Assembly: GCA_965644495.1 (NCBI GenBank) | Contig: CBFFSA010000001.1 | Coordinates: forward strand, 930,001-994,000 | Direction: 5' to 3' | DNA length: 64,000 bases | Source of the DNA: Perkinsela sp. CCAP 1560/9 | Lineage: Eukaryota > Protista > Euglenozoa: Kinetoplastea | Part shown: one piece after another, positions 21,452-32,800 of the stretch | How the letters are laid out: every line of letters starts with the position of its first letter | Position numbering within the stretch: position 1 is the stretch's first letter | The notes under the pieces: generated by a model | The model's database searches: none | Told to the model about the DNA's origin: nothing | The model's input: the letters and a program-made list of their open reading frames with translations, nothing else | Position numbers and translations under genes: made by a program

Positions 21452-22495
21452 ATGGAGAACCATAACATAACCTTTTCGGTGAGCAATTCAACCAGGGGTA
21501 CCTTCCTATTCGAACAGCAGAGTTTTATGTCATCTGTCAAGGCGAGCACGAAAACAATGATCAACAGTTCATTACGAAAGATTATCCGCGAAACCGTACA
21601 CGATGTCACATCTCTTTGGAACAACGTAGTTGAATCCACACTGCAGAAGGTGTTACGAAAATTGCTCCAGCGACGACTGCAACGAGATGGGATTTCTACC
21701 GCTGGGGCAAAGGGCTTTCTGCGGTATTTAGTCATGCAAAAAAACAGACTTCATGTTAGCGTTCCAACCTTTTTGGACGTTCCCCATTTTCAGTTTGACA
21801 CAGACGATTTACAAATTCTTGGAGAATATACACAAGTACGTTCTTCTAGGGACAATATAGGAAAAATGATTCATCTTTCCACATATCGTCTTTCGCCACA
21901 CGATTTGTGTACCTTGCATCCACGGGAATGGCTTAATGATCAAATTATTAATGCATTTGTTGCGGCGTGCTGTCACTCTACGGCAGGCCGTGTACGTTTC
22001 CTCGGGTCGTTTTTTCTTACGAAACTAATGCAAAAGACCGGAGCGGAGGGGGTGAGGCGATGGATTACGAAACTACATCTGAAAGGCGATGAGGAAAAGA
22101 TACTTATTCCTATAAACGTTCGCGGGAATCACTGGTCCCTCGGCGTAATCAATTTTTCTGAGCGATGTGTGGAGTACTATGACTCATACATGTCGAGTCA
22201 TCGAAACAAATGGAACGAGGTTCTGCACTACGATCCTTCGATTTCTCCTTCCGCGAAGGCTCTCGCTGATTGTTGTGCAGTACTCTTTCCCAAATTGGGA
22301 ATAGATCGCATTCACAACACAGTTAATTTGGTACCGCAACAAAACAACGCTTATGACTGTGGGGTGTTCACCTGCCGTTTTGCTTGCGCCCTATGCCAAA
22401 CGAGCGAAAGGAGGGAATTTCAGTTTAGGCAACAGGATATGGATCACAGCCGATGTCAAATCCTTTTGAATTTGACTTTTCTAGACAAATGCTAA
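21452..22495 (+). CDS. Ulp1/SENP SUMO protease (peptidase C48)
   Basis: WLNDQIIN, NHWSL, YYDS, PQQNNAYDCGVF catalytic His/Asp/Gln/Cys. Confidence 0.9.
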   Translation: MENHNITFSVSNSTRGTFLFEQQSFMSSVKASTKTMINSSLRKIIRETVHDVTSLWNNVVESTLQKVLRKLLQRRLQRDGISTAGAKGFLRYLVMQKNRLHVSVPTFLDVPHFQFDTDDLQILGEYTQVRSSRDNIGKMIHLSTYRLSPHDLCTLHPREWLNDQIINAFVAACCHSTAGRVRFLGSFFLTKLMQKTGAEGVRRWITKLHLKGDEEKILIPINVRGNHWSLGVINFSERCVEYYDSYMSSHRNKWNEVLHYDPSISPSAKALADCCAVLFPKLGIDRIHNTVNLVPQQNNAYDCGVFTCRFACALCQTSERREFQFRQQDMDHSRCQILLNLTFLDKC

Positions 22496-22613
22496 AAAGA
22501 ATCCGTCCTGTATAAAAAACACTGCTGTTTCAGGCAACTAAAACGGGGCGTAAGAAAGAGGAATTTATAAGTGTCATGATCTTTGGATTTAATCTATATT
22601 ACTCCCTCTAGGA

Positions 22614-22635
22614 TTTTCCTTTTCCTCTTCTTTAG
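22614..22635 (+). promoter_or_regulatory. Putative spliced-leader trans-splice acceptor (polypyrimidine tract plus AG)
   Basis: TTTTCCTTTTCCTCTTCTTTAG ends 6 nt before the uL3m ATG; similar tracts end at about 33446 and 51118. Confidence 0.6.
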
Positions 22636-22641
22636 CTCCCT

Positions 22642-24120
22642 ATGCGTTGCACCCGAGTAAGCCATTTCAAGCAAGTCGGCATGACCGACCTGCGCCAATT
22701 CACCAACTGGTGGAAATGCTACCCCGCCCGCACGGACGAAAAATGGCGTGACATGTACCACAGCTACTACCCCTACCTCTTCGACCACGGGGACAAACTC
22801 AGCCTGTACCCCAAAATCAACCCCAACCCCCGCACCTGGCAACCCGAGCAACTCCAAACCGTCTACGACGCCATCCGTGAGGACCGCTACGACGCCTTTC
22901 TCCGGATCCGTGAAAAATTCCCCGAGCTCTACCAAGACACCTGGCACTGGAGTACCCCCGAGGACACCCACACCCACGCCACAAAGGCACTCCCCATGGG
23001 GGCGAAACCGGGGGAGAATAAAGCGAAGGACTCGCCCGAATCCTCCTCCTGGCGCCTCCCCCCTCCCTTTGGTGAGTTCAACCAGTTCTACAGCGTTCGT
23101 CTCGGTCTCCTGGGCTGTCGGGTGAAATACATTCGCGAGTTTGATGCCTACGGGAACGCGATGATCCTCTCCATGGTGTGGGTCCCGGACAACCAGGTCG
23201 TGGAGCACAAGACCCGGGAGGCCCACGGGTACGACGCGGTGCGGGTGGGCGCGATGAACGTCCCCCCGGAGTTCCACCCCCCGAAGGTGGGGCGGGGGTT
23301 CAAGGCCGCGGGGGTCCCGGTGAAGCACGTCTCGAAGGAGTTCCGGATCACCCCGGATGGGTTTGTGCCGGTCGGGACGAAGCTCGATGTGCGGCATTTT
23401 AAAGTCGGCCAGGAGTGTACGCTGTCGATGATGACCTATGACCATGGGTTTCGTGGGGTCGTGGGGCGGTTTGGTCATGACGGGAGTATGGCCTGGGTGG
23501 GGGATAGTTTGTGGCATCGACGGCCAGGGTCGATTGGGTCCCAGGGCGCGCGGAGGGTGTTGCCGGGGACCGCGATGCCGGGGCATAAGGGAGGGGATCG
23601 GCGGTTTTTTTATAATAAGCCGATTTACCGGATTGATTATAAGAATTCTTTGATTTACTTTGTGGGACGGTTGCCGTGTGATGTGGGGGCGTATCTGACG
23701 ATTGTGGATGGGACGTATACGCGAGGTAAGACGATGTGGTCGTTGAATCGGGGATATCCCGCGTTTCCTACGTTTGTGGCTACTCCGGAGGATCCGGATC
23801 AAATTGCGGTGCGACCTACAGAGGAGTGTCAACTGGTGTCACCTCCCTTACTGGCCTATTTAAAGGATGAAGCAAAAAGCACCAGCCAAATTACTCAAAC
23901 GGACATTGACGACGCCAGACAAGTGAAACAAACCATTGCGCCCCCGAAAACGGAAATTTATGACTACCACAAATATCTCCAAGCTCGCAGAAAGCATAAG
24001 AAGGAGCAGCACAAGCTTAAAATTAAACGTAATGAGGAGTTCGGAGTCTACAAACTACGCGAACAGAGGCAGCAGGAGGCACGAGAACGCAAGGCGGCGA
24101 AGTACAGGAGAGTGAAATAG
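22642..24120 (+). CDS. MRPL3: Mitochondrial ribosomal protein uL3m (kinetoplastid extended form)
   Basis: HGYDAVRVG, HFKVGQ, GFRGVVGRFG, HRRPGSIG, RVLPGTAMPGHKG, IYRIDYKNSLIYFVG. Confidence 0.9.
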   Translation: MRCTRVSHFKQVGMTDLRQFTNWWKCYPARTDEKWRDMYHSYYPYLFDHGDKLSLYPKINPNPRTWQPEQLQTVYDAIREDRYDAFLRIREKFPELYQDTWHWSTPEDTHTHATKALPMGAKPGENKAKDSPESSSWRLPPPFGEFNQFYSVRLGLLGCRVKYIREFDAYGNAMILSMVWVPDNQVVEHKTREAHGYDAVRVGAMNVPPEFHPPKVGRGFKAAGVPVKHVSKEFRITPDGFVPVGTKLDVRHFKVGQECTLSMMTYDHGFRGVVGRFGHDGSMAWVGDSLWHRRPGSIGSQGARRVLPGTAMPGHKGGDRRFFYNKPIYRIDYKNSLIYFVGRLPCDVGAYLTIVDGTYTRGKTMWSLNRGYPAFPTFVATPEDPDQIAVRPTEECQLVSPPLLAYLKDEAKSTSQITQTDIDDARQVKQTIAPPKTEIYDYHKYLQARRKHKKEQHKLKIKRNEEFGVYKLREQRQQEARERKAAKYRRVK

Positions 24121-24300
24121 TGTCATGAATGGATGATTGATACAAGGGTTGAGTGTTATGCATAGTGTGTTTACTATGTATGAAAGATGTTTACCTGCTT
24201 TTATTCGTATCTTTATTTACCTTGCCGAGCGTATCGTGATGAGAGGCATGAATAAATTGTTTTTGCTCGACTCGTATCTCTAATTTTGGCTACTCTCCCC

Positions 24301-25152
24301 ATGGATTTCGATCAATCTAACTTACTCGCTTCTATTTGCTTGGAGGACAATACCTTTCGACCGACTTATGGGGGTGCACGCGCGACATTGGCACGGGTCA
24401 CCGCTGCCCCCACCCTTACTCCTCTGGAACTCAAAAAATACGCCCTGGAGCTCCACAATGAGCTCTTGCACACGATCGAGCGGCTGGAGAGCGAGCGCTT
24501 AGCCCACGCCGAGACCCAAGATCAACTCCTTGCCTTACGCCAGCGTCCGCGATACGTCGTCCAAGGTTTTACTCACGGAGGGGCGCGAGCCCGCATCGAG
24601 GACTACATTATTGATCTTGGCGGGGAGGTGATCCCCACACTCGCAAGAGAGGACATCAACACCTCGCTTAAACACATCACGCACTGCTGTGTGCCAAAAG
24701 GGTGGAAAATTTTTACCACCCGAGCCCTGGCATTGGCTCTGCGTGGGGTGCAGCTCTGTGATGAGGAGTACATTACGCGTTGTGTGGAGAACAATACTTT
24801 TTTGCCCCACGACGCTCATTCGCTGCGTATTCCTACAGAGCATTTGGCCCTCCCGGAGACGAATCGTAAAAGAGTTCGGATTCATATTGCGGATCTCCGC
24901 GATACACGTGTGCTGGGTCCGCTTTTTGTGCAGCATGGGATGGATTTGGTATCGGACGGGGTGCACCGGACTCGGGAGGATCGCCTGCGGCCTGCGATGA
25001 ACATACGCACTGCCGGGGCAGAGCGACGACTTTTGGGGATGAATGCACAGCGCCCAAAATGTTTATCCTTTAGTACGCTGTCTGACTTTCTGTTTTCTTT
25101 GGGAAAAAATAGTCTTTCAGATATGGTACGCAAAATTGAGGGGAATGGGTGA
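24301..25152 (+). CDS. Coiled-coil plus BRCT-domain protein
   Basis: YVVQGF...IIDLGGEVI...ITHCCV...TRALALALRGVQLCDEEYITRC BRCT-like pattern. Confidence 0.6.
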   Translation: MDFDQSNLLASICLEDNTFRPTYGGARATLARVTAAPTLTPLELKKYALELHNELLHTIERLESERLAHAETQDQLLALRQRPRYVVQGFTHGGARARIEDYIIDLGGEVIPTLAREDINTSLKHITHCCVPKGWKIFTTRALALALRGVQLCDEEYITRCVENNTFLPHDAHSLRIPTEHLALPETNRKRVRIHIADLRDTRVLGPLFVQHGMDLVSDGVHRTREDRLRPAMNIRTAGAERRLLGMNAQRPKCLSFSTLSDFLFSLGKNSLSDMVRKIEGNG

Positions 25153-25510
25153 GGTGTGTAGTCCGATGAGGATAGTTTTGGTACACGTACGAACTCGCGC
25201 GGACATGATTTGTAAGAATTGCTTAACGGAGCGTACTCAACAATAAGCATGCTGGCCATTCAGAGTTTTCTCGCGTTGTACATACAACTCTATATGAGTT
25301 CACCCGTAGTGTGATTTATCAAGTTTGCTCATTCATGTGAAATAGTCGCACAGATTTAATGTAGAATACTATACGCCAACATTTTGATTGCACAATCTCT
25401 ATAAACTTTTTTTCTATAAACTATTTACGGAACAGTTGCCCTTCATACATCTAATGTTAGAGAATATGAAATATTCATGACTTTTTCATACACCACCATA
25501 AACGTCACCC

Positions 25511-26407
25511 ATGGTAACTAATCAAACTCTGCAATCAAGTCTTCACGCGCTGACTGGGAAATCCCGCAACCGCGGGAAGCAACCCAAGTCAGCAATTCAT
25601 CCCGACAGCCGTCGTGCGCGACAACTCTCTCGTGAGATCGCCCATCGAGAGAAGCAGAGCGACGCCAAAGTAATTCAGAAGGGTAGAGAGAAGGAATGGT
25701 ATGACACCGTTGAATGGTTCGCGAATTATGTTGAAAACAATCACTCCTCCGTGCTGTTCCTGTCGGTTGATCAAGTCGAAGCCGCCTGTCGAGCTTTTGT
25801 TACGCGATTCGACGCCATCATTCTGTCTCTGCGTTCGCAAAAAAAAGGCACTGCACGACACCTGGAAAACTACCGAATGCAGTTGGAGAATGCCTACACA
25901 GAGGAAGGATTGGACATTCCTGATGTTTCGTCCAGGAGCGGTATGCGGTGGCTGCGCTCCTGGGATAAGTCCCAACAACAAGCTCGTCGGATTCCTCGCA
26001 AAAACGTACATTTCAGCAAGCTGATTCCAAGCATTGATTCTAGTTCCGAGCCCCACTCATTGTTGCATACATCCGATTCGAGCGTTGTATTCACGCTAGG
26101 GAAACCACGTACCATGACAATGATGCGTTCAAAAAAACGTCAAAGCCGGTATGCTTTTCTTGTCAGCGGGCAAAAGAAGAGGCGAGTGGGTTGTACTGCA
26201 ATACACACTGATTCACACGACGCGAACGAATCAGTAGCTACTCTTAGCCTTTTAAAAAGTAATGGTACTCTTTTTGCACAACATTCGAGGCTGCATCGGC
26301 AGAAAATAAACCAGCACAAACGCACAGAAACGCGAAGGAAACGCTTAGTGGTATGCAGAGGTGAAGACGAAAGTAATATACGCAGCGATGAAGATGTAAC
26401 TATCTAG
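25511..26407 (+). CDS. TMA16: Translation machinery-associated protein 16
   Basis: IHPDSRRARQLSR, FVTRFD, EGLDIPDVS...LRSWD. Confidence 0.75.
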   Translation: MVTNQTLQSSLHALTGKSRNRGKQPKSAIHPDSRRARQLSREIAHREKQSDAKVIQKGREKEWYDTVEWFANYVENNHSSVLFLSVDQVEAACRAFVTRFDAIILSLRSQKKGTARHLENYRMQLENAYTEEGLDIPDVSSRSGMRWLRSWDKSQQQARRIPRKNVHFSKLIPSIDSSSEPHSLLHTSDSSVVFTLGKPRTMTMMRSKKRQSRYAFLVSGQKKRRVGCTAIHTDSHDANESVATLSLLKSNGTLFAQHSRLHRQKINQHKRTETRRKRLVVCRGEDESNIRSDEDVTI

Positions 26408-26865
26408 TTATCATAAAGTCTTCATAGCGTACAATCGCTATCTGGCGTTAAAAATAGAATACCCTTCCTAGGGCTCGATTCGGAAAACGTTTTTCGAAAA
26501 GAAATATCCTTTATGCCTCCTACGCACTCTTGGATCCCCGATCTCGCAAATACTTTGTGGTTCATTTAGGAGTTCCTACAACAGATTATCAGTGTATTCT
26601 TGTTCTTTTCCATTTTTTCGACCACTTTATTCTCAATATTCGAGAGTATGGAGGGCGTTATATACACAATAGTTACTAGCATACATACACAGTTACCAGT
26701 ATAGCTATACACGAAGCCGCACTGCTTATCATAGGACTGCTTTTTTTTAGACATTTACTACGTAAGTGCATAAAATTCTTCACGCGTATGCAAGAAAATA
26801 CTGTTGAGCAGTCTTACACCTTCATGCTTAACTATAGTTCGTTATCTTGAGGTATTCATACCTCT

Positions 26866-29800
26866 ATGAGTTTTTTACCTAACGAAAGCTTTATGCCGCG
26901 AATGTTATGTCCCGGTGGCTCTTTAAGGTTGAGGAAACATCGAAGCATAGTAATCCATCACAAGGTTTATTTAAATCGCTTCGTATATCAATTTGGTAGA
27001 CGGCACAACTCCATACGTGCGACTACATGCGCATTCCAAGACAGTGGTCGACTGGTTCAGACATCTCGCATCCGTGCTGCGGTTCCACGTTTGTCTGTGA
27101 CTACAAAGCATTTGAATCCCACGACGATTACATTTGATTCTACTAAGAATACATCTGAATCTATTAAGAATACTGTGATCAAAGATGTAGTCATCGAAAA
27201 CAGAGTAATTGAGAAAACCTTTACTGCAGAAACAAGTAACATGAATTCTCAAAAGGTTGAAAATGTTTTTCGGATTGATAACATGGCACGTTCCCGAATA
27301 GTAGCGTACATATCGCGGCACCACCCGGCAATGGAAAAGGACAAGCTTTTTCAAAATGTGGATGCAAAGAGTCAATCAGAAAAATGTGAAGTACACTTGA
27401 AGCTTCCCATTGAGAGCTACAACGTTACTGCATGTGGCATTGCGGAATCTGAAAAGGATGCAGAAGTAGTGTGTTGTATGCACGCAGAGTCGATTTTGAA
27501 CGAATTACAAATTCCTATATTTTCCCTTTCAAGTGGACAGATAAAATATGCAGCACAAAAGCGAAAGGATGGAAAGAAAGCTCCCATGCCTGGCGCCAAG
27601 CGCAAATCTTTTCATGAGATTACTATGCCCCCAGCTCTTGAATACGTTGGACTGGACCAAGAATCGCGACAAAAGCTTGTAAATACTACAGTGCAATATG
27701 TGAATCAAGTAAGTAGCGAAGATGAAAGAATAGAATCAGAGGATGGAAAATTCACACTTGTAGCCTTGGCTACCCAGAGCCATGCTAATGCAAACCTGTA
27801 CATACGCAGCCCAAATTTTTATGATAGTAATTCTGTCGCTCGGATGCATCGGTATTACGCACGCTGGTCTCACGTATTGATGGACACTGTGATTAATGTA
27901 ACGGAAAAGGTATTCAACAAGTCAACAGAAACGCCGTCTGAGTTTACGGCTACACTTGTCTTACCATTAGACAAGATATTCGGGAAGCGAGAGTCAGTGG
28001 GCATCGCGCGCAATGCAAGGAGTGCATCTTCACTATGTGCAATGCATATGGAGCTCATGCTTGACGCACTAGGCATAAGAATATACGGGAACGACGAAAA
28101 GCAAAGACTGCACGCCGAGGGAGTTCGAAAAATGGGACGCTGGGCCCCTATGCCTGGGGATCAGACCCGACCCTATGCTGTTTCACCTCTTCCACTAAAG
28201 AAGACTACGCTGAACCTTGAAAGCAAATCACTAAAAGAAGATACAGATTTGCTACAAAACACATCTCTTGAACCTGTGGACATTCTGCAAATGGATGCCG
28301 CTAAGAAATTAAAAACGGTGCACTCGCGATTTTATTGGCCTTATTTTGACGAAAAAGTGCATGTTCAATATTTGTATCACAAAGGCTCCTGGAGGGACTC
28401 CAGGAGTGTGACAGCAATTTATCGTCTACCAATAAACACTGAAAAAGTGGGTGTACGAACAGCAATGGGTGTCTCTCTCAATCGTACCACTGCGGAAGTT
28501 CTTTGTTGCATGCACGCCTTAAAAATCATAGAAATATTGAATGTCAAAGAAGACTACCTCAACGTTGATAAGGAGACTTTATCACCTCCTGCTCTTTGTA
28601 TGTTGAACGAAGAATCGGGTGGGTCTGATGATCTTAATGAAGAGCGCCGGCCTTTGTCGCGAAACCTGGTAGAGTATAAAGAAGAAGGGGATAACGTAAA
28701 GAAAGGAGACGGTCAAACTATTGGGATAAAATTAGATACAATAACTACCGAGGCAAAAGCCTTTGAGCCCACAACTTGGAGAGTAGATACCACAGATTCA
28801 TATGCCGTTGTACGAGGTTCAGCCCTAATAATGTCGCAAAGCGCACTTATTCGCCCATACGAAAAGGATGAGATGTCTCGTCACCGCATTGGAAAATATT
28901 TGGCCAGCCGGGGCTCTAGCATTGCGCAATTATTCACGAAAGAGCAGTTTAATCTTGTGGACCCAAAAGTTCCTGGTTTTCAACAGCTATACTATCGTTT
29001 CTCGGGAAACATATTCATTGATGGTATAGGAAATATCAAAGCTATAGGAGAAAGCTATATGGAGGACGATGCGCTCATCATTGCATGTATGCATGCAGAA
29101 CTAATAATTGATCATGTTGGTGGTAAATTATTCACCAGGACAGAGCAACAGAATAAGCGAGCGCAGTTAACGCGAAAGTCCGGACGGTGGGCCCCATTTT
29201 CAACTGACGATGTACGTCCGGATGCGAAGAACAATCTTCCACCACCTTTGCGCTATAAATTACAAAGCGCAACTGATTTTGACAGGTTAATTCCGTACAC
29301 AGTCAAGCGTGAAGGTGTATACGAAATAGTCACTAGAGAACAGTATAAAATGAAGTATCTTGCTGCACTGAGTAAATATTATTTTCGATATGCTAGAGAC
29401 AAATCGAAGCGCTGTGATAATCTTTTGCAAGTCATAAAGTGCACAGGTGTATATCATGAAGAAGGTCACAGACAAACTCAAGCACTACTTGAGCTTCCTG
29501 TTCCAGAAAGATTTGGAAAACGTTTGGCAATCGGGATAGCAAACAAAGTATCAGATGCGAAGAGCATGTGTATTTTACACGGCACAAGAATACTTGATGC
29601 GCTGGGAATTTCTGTATTTTCTGATTCCAGCGCCCAATCTATACATAGGTTAGAAGTCATGCGAGAGGGGCGATCTGCTGCATTTCCAGGCCATGGACTA
29701 AGTGAAGCAAATACTGTAAGCCCACCTCCTGTTAAACTAAAAGTATCATTTGGAATGACTTCCAGGCCTGAACTTCCTTCCGAAGACGAAGAGGTCATGA

Positions 29801-32800
29801 CCATCGAAGATTGGTTATTTTTTGTTCAACAAACAATAGAATATTTACAAGCTGCACAGGAGGCGAAGGACTTTGAGTACTTGAAGCAAGGAAAAATACC
29901 GCGTACGGGGGACGCAGTATCGGACGGCGCTTTAGACTGCGTTGAGGGCGATGGATTTTCTACTTGTGGGATGAAAAGTGTTCTTTCAGACTGGTGTGAA
30001 CGTACAGGAATTCGATATCCCGATAAAATGAGCACGCGACGACTGCAAGACACTCCGTACATACATACGTATTTTCCTGTACCAGGATTCCCGGAATACA
30101 CAGCTCACGGAATACATCGAACCAAGCTAAGTAGTGCTAAGAGAGCCATTGCACATGCAGTATACATGTTACGCGTGCTTGACAAAGACTTTTGCGATCG
30201 CGCAAACAACCTTGAAAAGCGACTGGGATCGGTGTGCAACTGGGATGCGGAAGCACGCGAGCTTACCACAGGAGGCCACGACACGGTACTTCAGCTGTAT
30301 GAAAAAGCGGCGGAATCTTCCCCTGTTAATACCCTAGTAAAATTTGACAAGGAAACTGGGGTATACGAAATAGGGCTTACTCTAAACGATCCCCAAATGG
30401 GGTCTATTGAAGTCGCGGGATCAAGCGGCACAAGAGTGGGAGCGCATGGTGCAGCTCAATCAAAGTTAGTAAATTTTCTTATTAAGCATCGTGACAAAAG
30501 TGCAGCAGATATCACTTGTATGATTCAAATGCTCCAAAGATATCCATATTTTCAGATGCGAGGTGTATCGAACATTTCACCACTTCTGAGGAGCAATAAA
30601 GATCTGATGGAACGACTACATGATGCTGTGGGGCGATGGAAGGATGTTCATGAATTGGAGCAAGAAAGTAGAAATATCACAGACACGGAACTTGAACGTC
30701 GGTTGCTGTTTCGTGACTTAGAAATTCCAGCATTTCGTCCTGACTTACATCAAAAACTTCTCGACAGACAACTTGATCCGACGTATAAGAACGGAATAGG
30801 TCGTCAAAGACGTGAGCTAACTATCCGGTCGATAAAGAAGGAATTGTTGGACGCTATACAAAAGAATCAGGTTGTCGTTGTTTGTTCTGCCGCAGGTAGT
30901 GGAAAGACAACCCAAATCCCGCAGTACATTCTAGACGACTGTTTAATAAATGAGCGACCATGTGGAATAGTGGTAACCCAACCCCGACGGATTAGTGCAA
31001 TATCAGTAGCGAAGCGTGTTGCCCACGAGCGCCAAGAAGAGGTGGGTGATAGTATAGGATATCAAATTCGCCTTGAGCATCGCCCTGGAACACATTTAAA
31101 CTTTTTGACCAGTGGTCTTTTACTTAGGAAACTTCGCACTGATCGATTTGCTCACGAATATTCACATATAATTTTTGACGAAGTGCACGAACGCGACTCG
31201 AGCACAGATATGTGTTTGACGCTCTTGAGGGATATTTTGTCACAGCGTTTGGACCTCAAATTAATTATTATGAGTGCAACAATGCATTCATCCAGTTTTT
31301 CGAAATATTTTAGCAATGCACCAGTGATAGAATGCAACAGGGGAATGTATGACGTTGACATCAAATACCTCGATCACATCGCTAGTCTTGCGCGTGAGCG
31401 TAATGTCGTGACAACGTCAATGCTAAATCTAGCACCCCCACCTGAACTTCTTAATTCAGATCAGCGTATCCAAGGAATGAGTAAAGCTTCAAGCGCCATC
31501 GATTTTAGACTCCTTACATTTTTAGTTGATCACTGCATCCGAAATCATGAGGTTGCCAACGCATCCATCCTAGTATTTCTGCCGGGTTGGGGTGATATAG
31601 TAGCAGCAAGCGAAGCAATTTCTCACATGCGCGATGAAATCGAAGTGTTAACCCTACATTCATCGGTTGCTCAAGACCTTCAGATGAAAGCCTTTGCTCC
31701 AGCATCTCCTGGGAAAACAAAAGTTGTTTTATCCACAAACATTTGCGAAAGCTCCATTACTATTCCCGATGTCCGCGTGGTAATTGACACAGGGCGTTTG
31801 AAACAAGCGGTCACAACCTTTTCACTGGATGCAACAACACATCAAACTGCCCTACAGGTCATGTATGCGAGCAAAGCGAATTGCATTCAGCGTGCGGGTC
31901 GTGCGGGTCGCACTCAAAACGGAATTTGTTATCGTATGTACACAAGGGAAACGTACGAACTTTTACCCACATATCAAAGCCCGGAGTTAGTCAGAACGCC
32001 CCTCGATGGCATCTGTCTTCTGTTGCTAACCCTCGGAATTGAAAGCCCAGAGGAGTATCTGAGCAATAATGTGCTCGATGTACCGCAATCTATTTCGATT
32101 AAGAGTGCCATGCGTAAGCTGCAAGACGCTGGGGCAGTAGATGAGAATATGCAACTCACGCCTTTGGGGTTATATCTCTCACCGCTCCCTGTAGACCCAA
32201 GTACTGGAAAAATGATTCTTCTCGGGCTTGCTCTCGGATGTCTGGACTGTGCCTTAACCATTGCGGCAGCAACCAGCATCTCACCGTTTGACAATACCTT
32301 TGATGGCAGGGAAGGAGCACGAATCAATCGAGATATCTTGGGACGAAAATCAAGGAGTGATATCCTTTCCTGTGTAAACGCTTATAATTCCTGGGTAAAC
32401 GTAAGGGGAATTTTTCCAGAACACGAGGCCCGGTTTCTATCTGATCACACACTCGTATTGAGCAAACTTGAACAAATGTCACTCACTAAACATCAGATCT
32501 ATAATGTTTTAGCAGAAAATAAATATCTGACCGACATCGACCCAGAATCGTCTAAGAAACGTGCCGCCTTCGTTGATCAGTCCATCCACTCCACTCTTTC
32601 AAGCGATATTATCCTCGCGAAAGGTCTTATTACATGTATGTTATACCCGAATGTGGCGCAAAAAGTGACCAAATACTTGCGTACCAAGACTGTTGAGACT
32701 GTAATTGATACAACTTCGATTTGTGCACAAATTATGGAATTTAAGATTGGCGAAGATAAGAATCAGTCACCATACTACGTGTTTCGCTCCTGTACGAAAA

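Noticed and set aside
22594-23832. 412-aa minus-strand ORF
   Set aside because: Antisense shadow of uL3m caused by biased third positions; no domain; against the cluster strand
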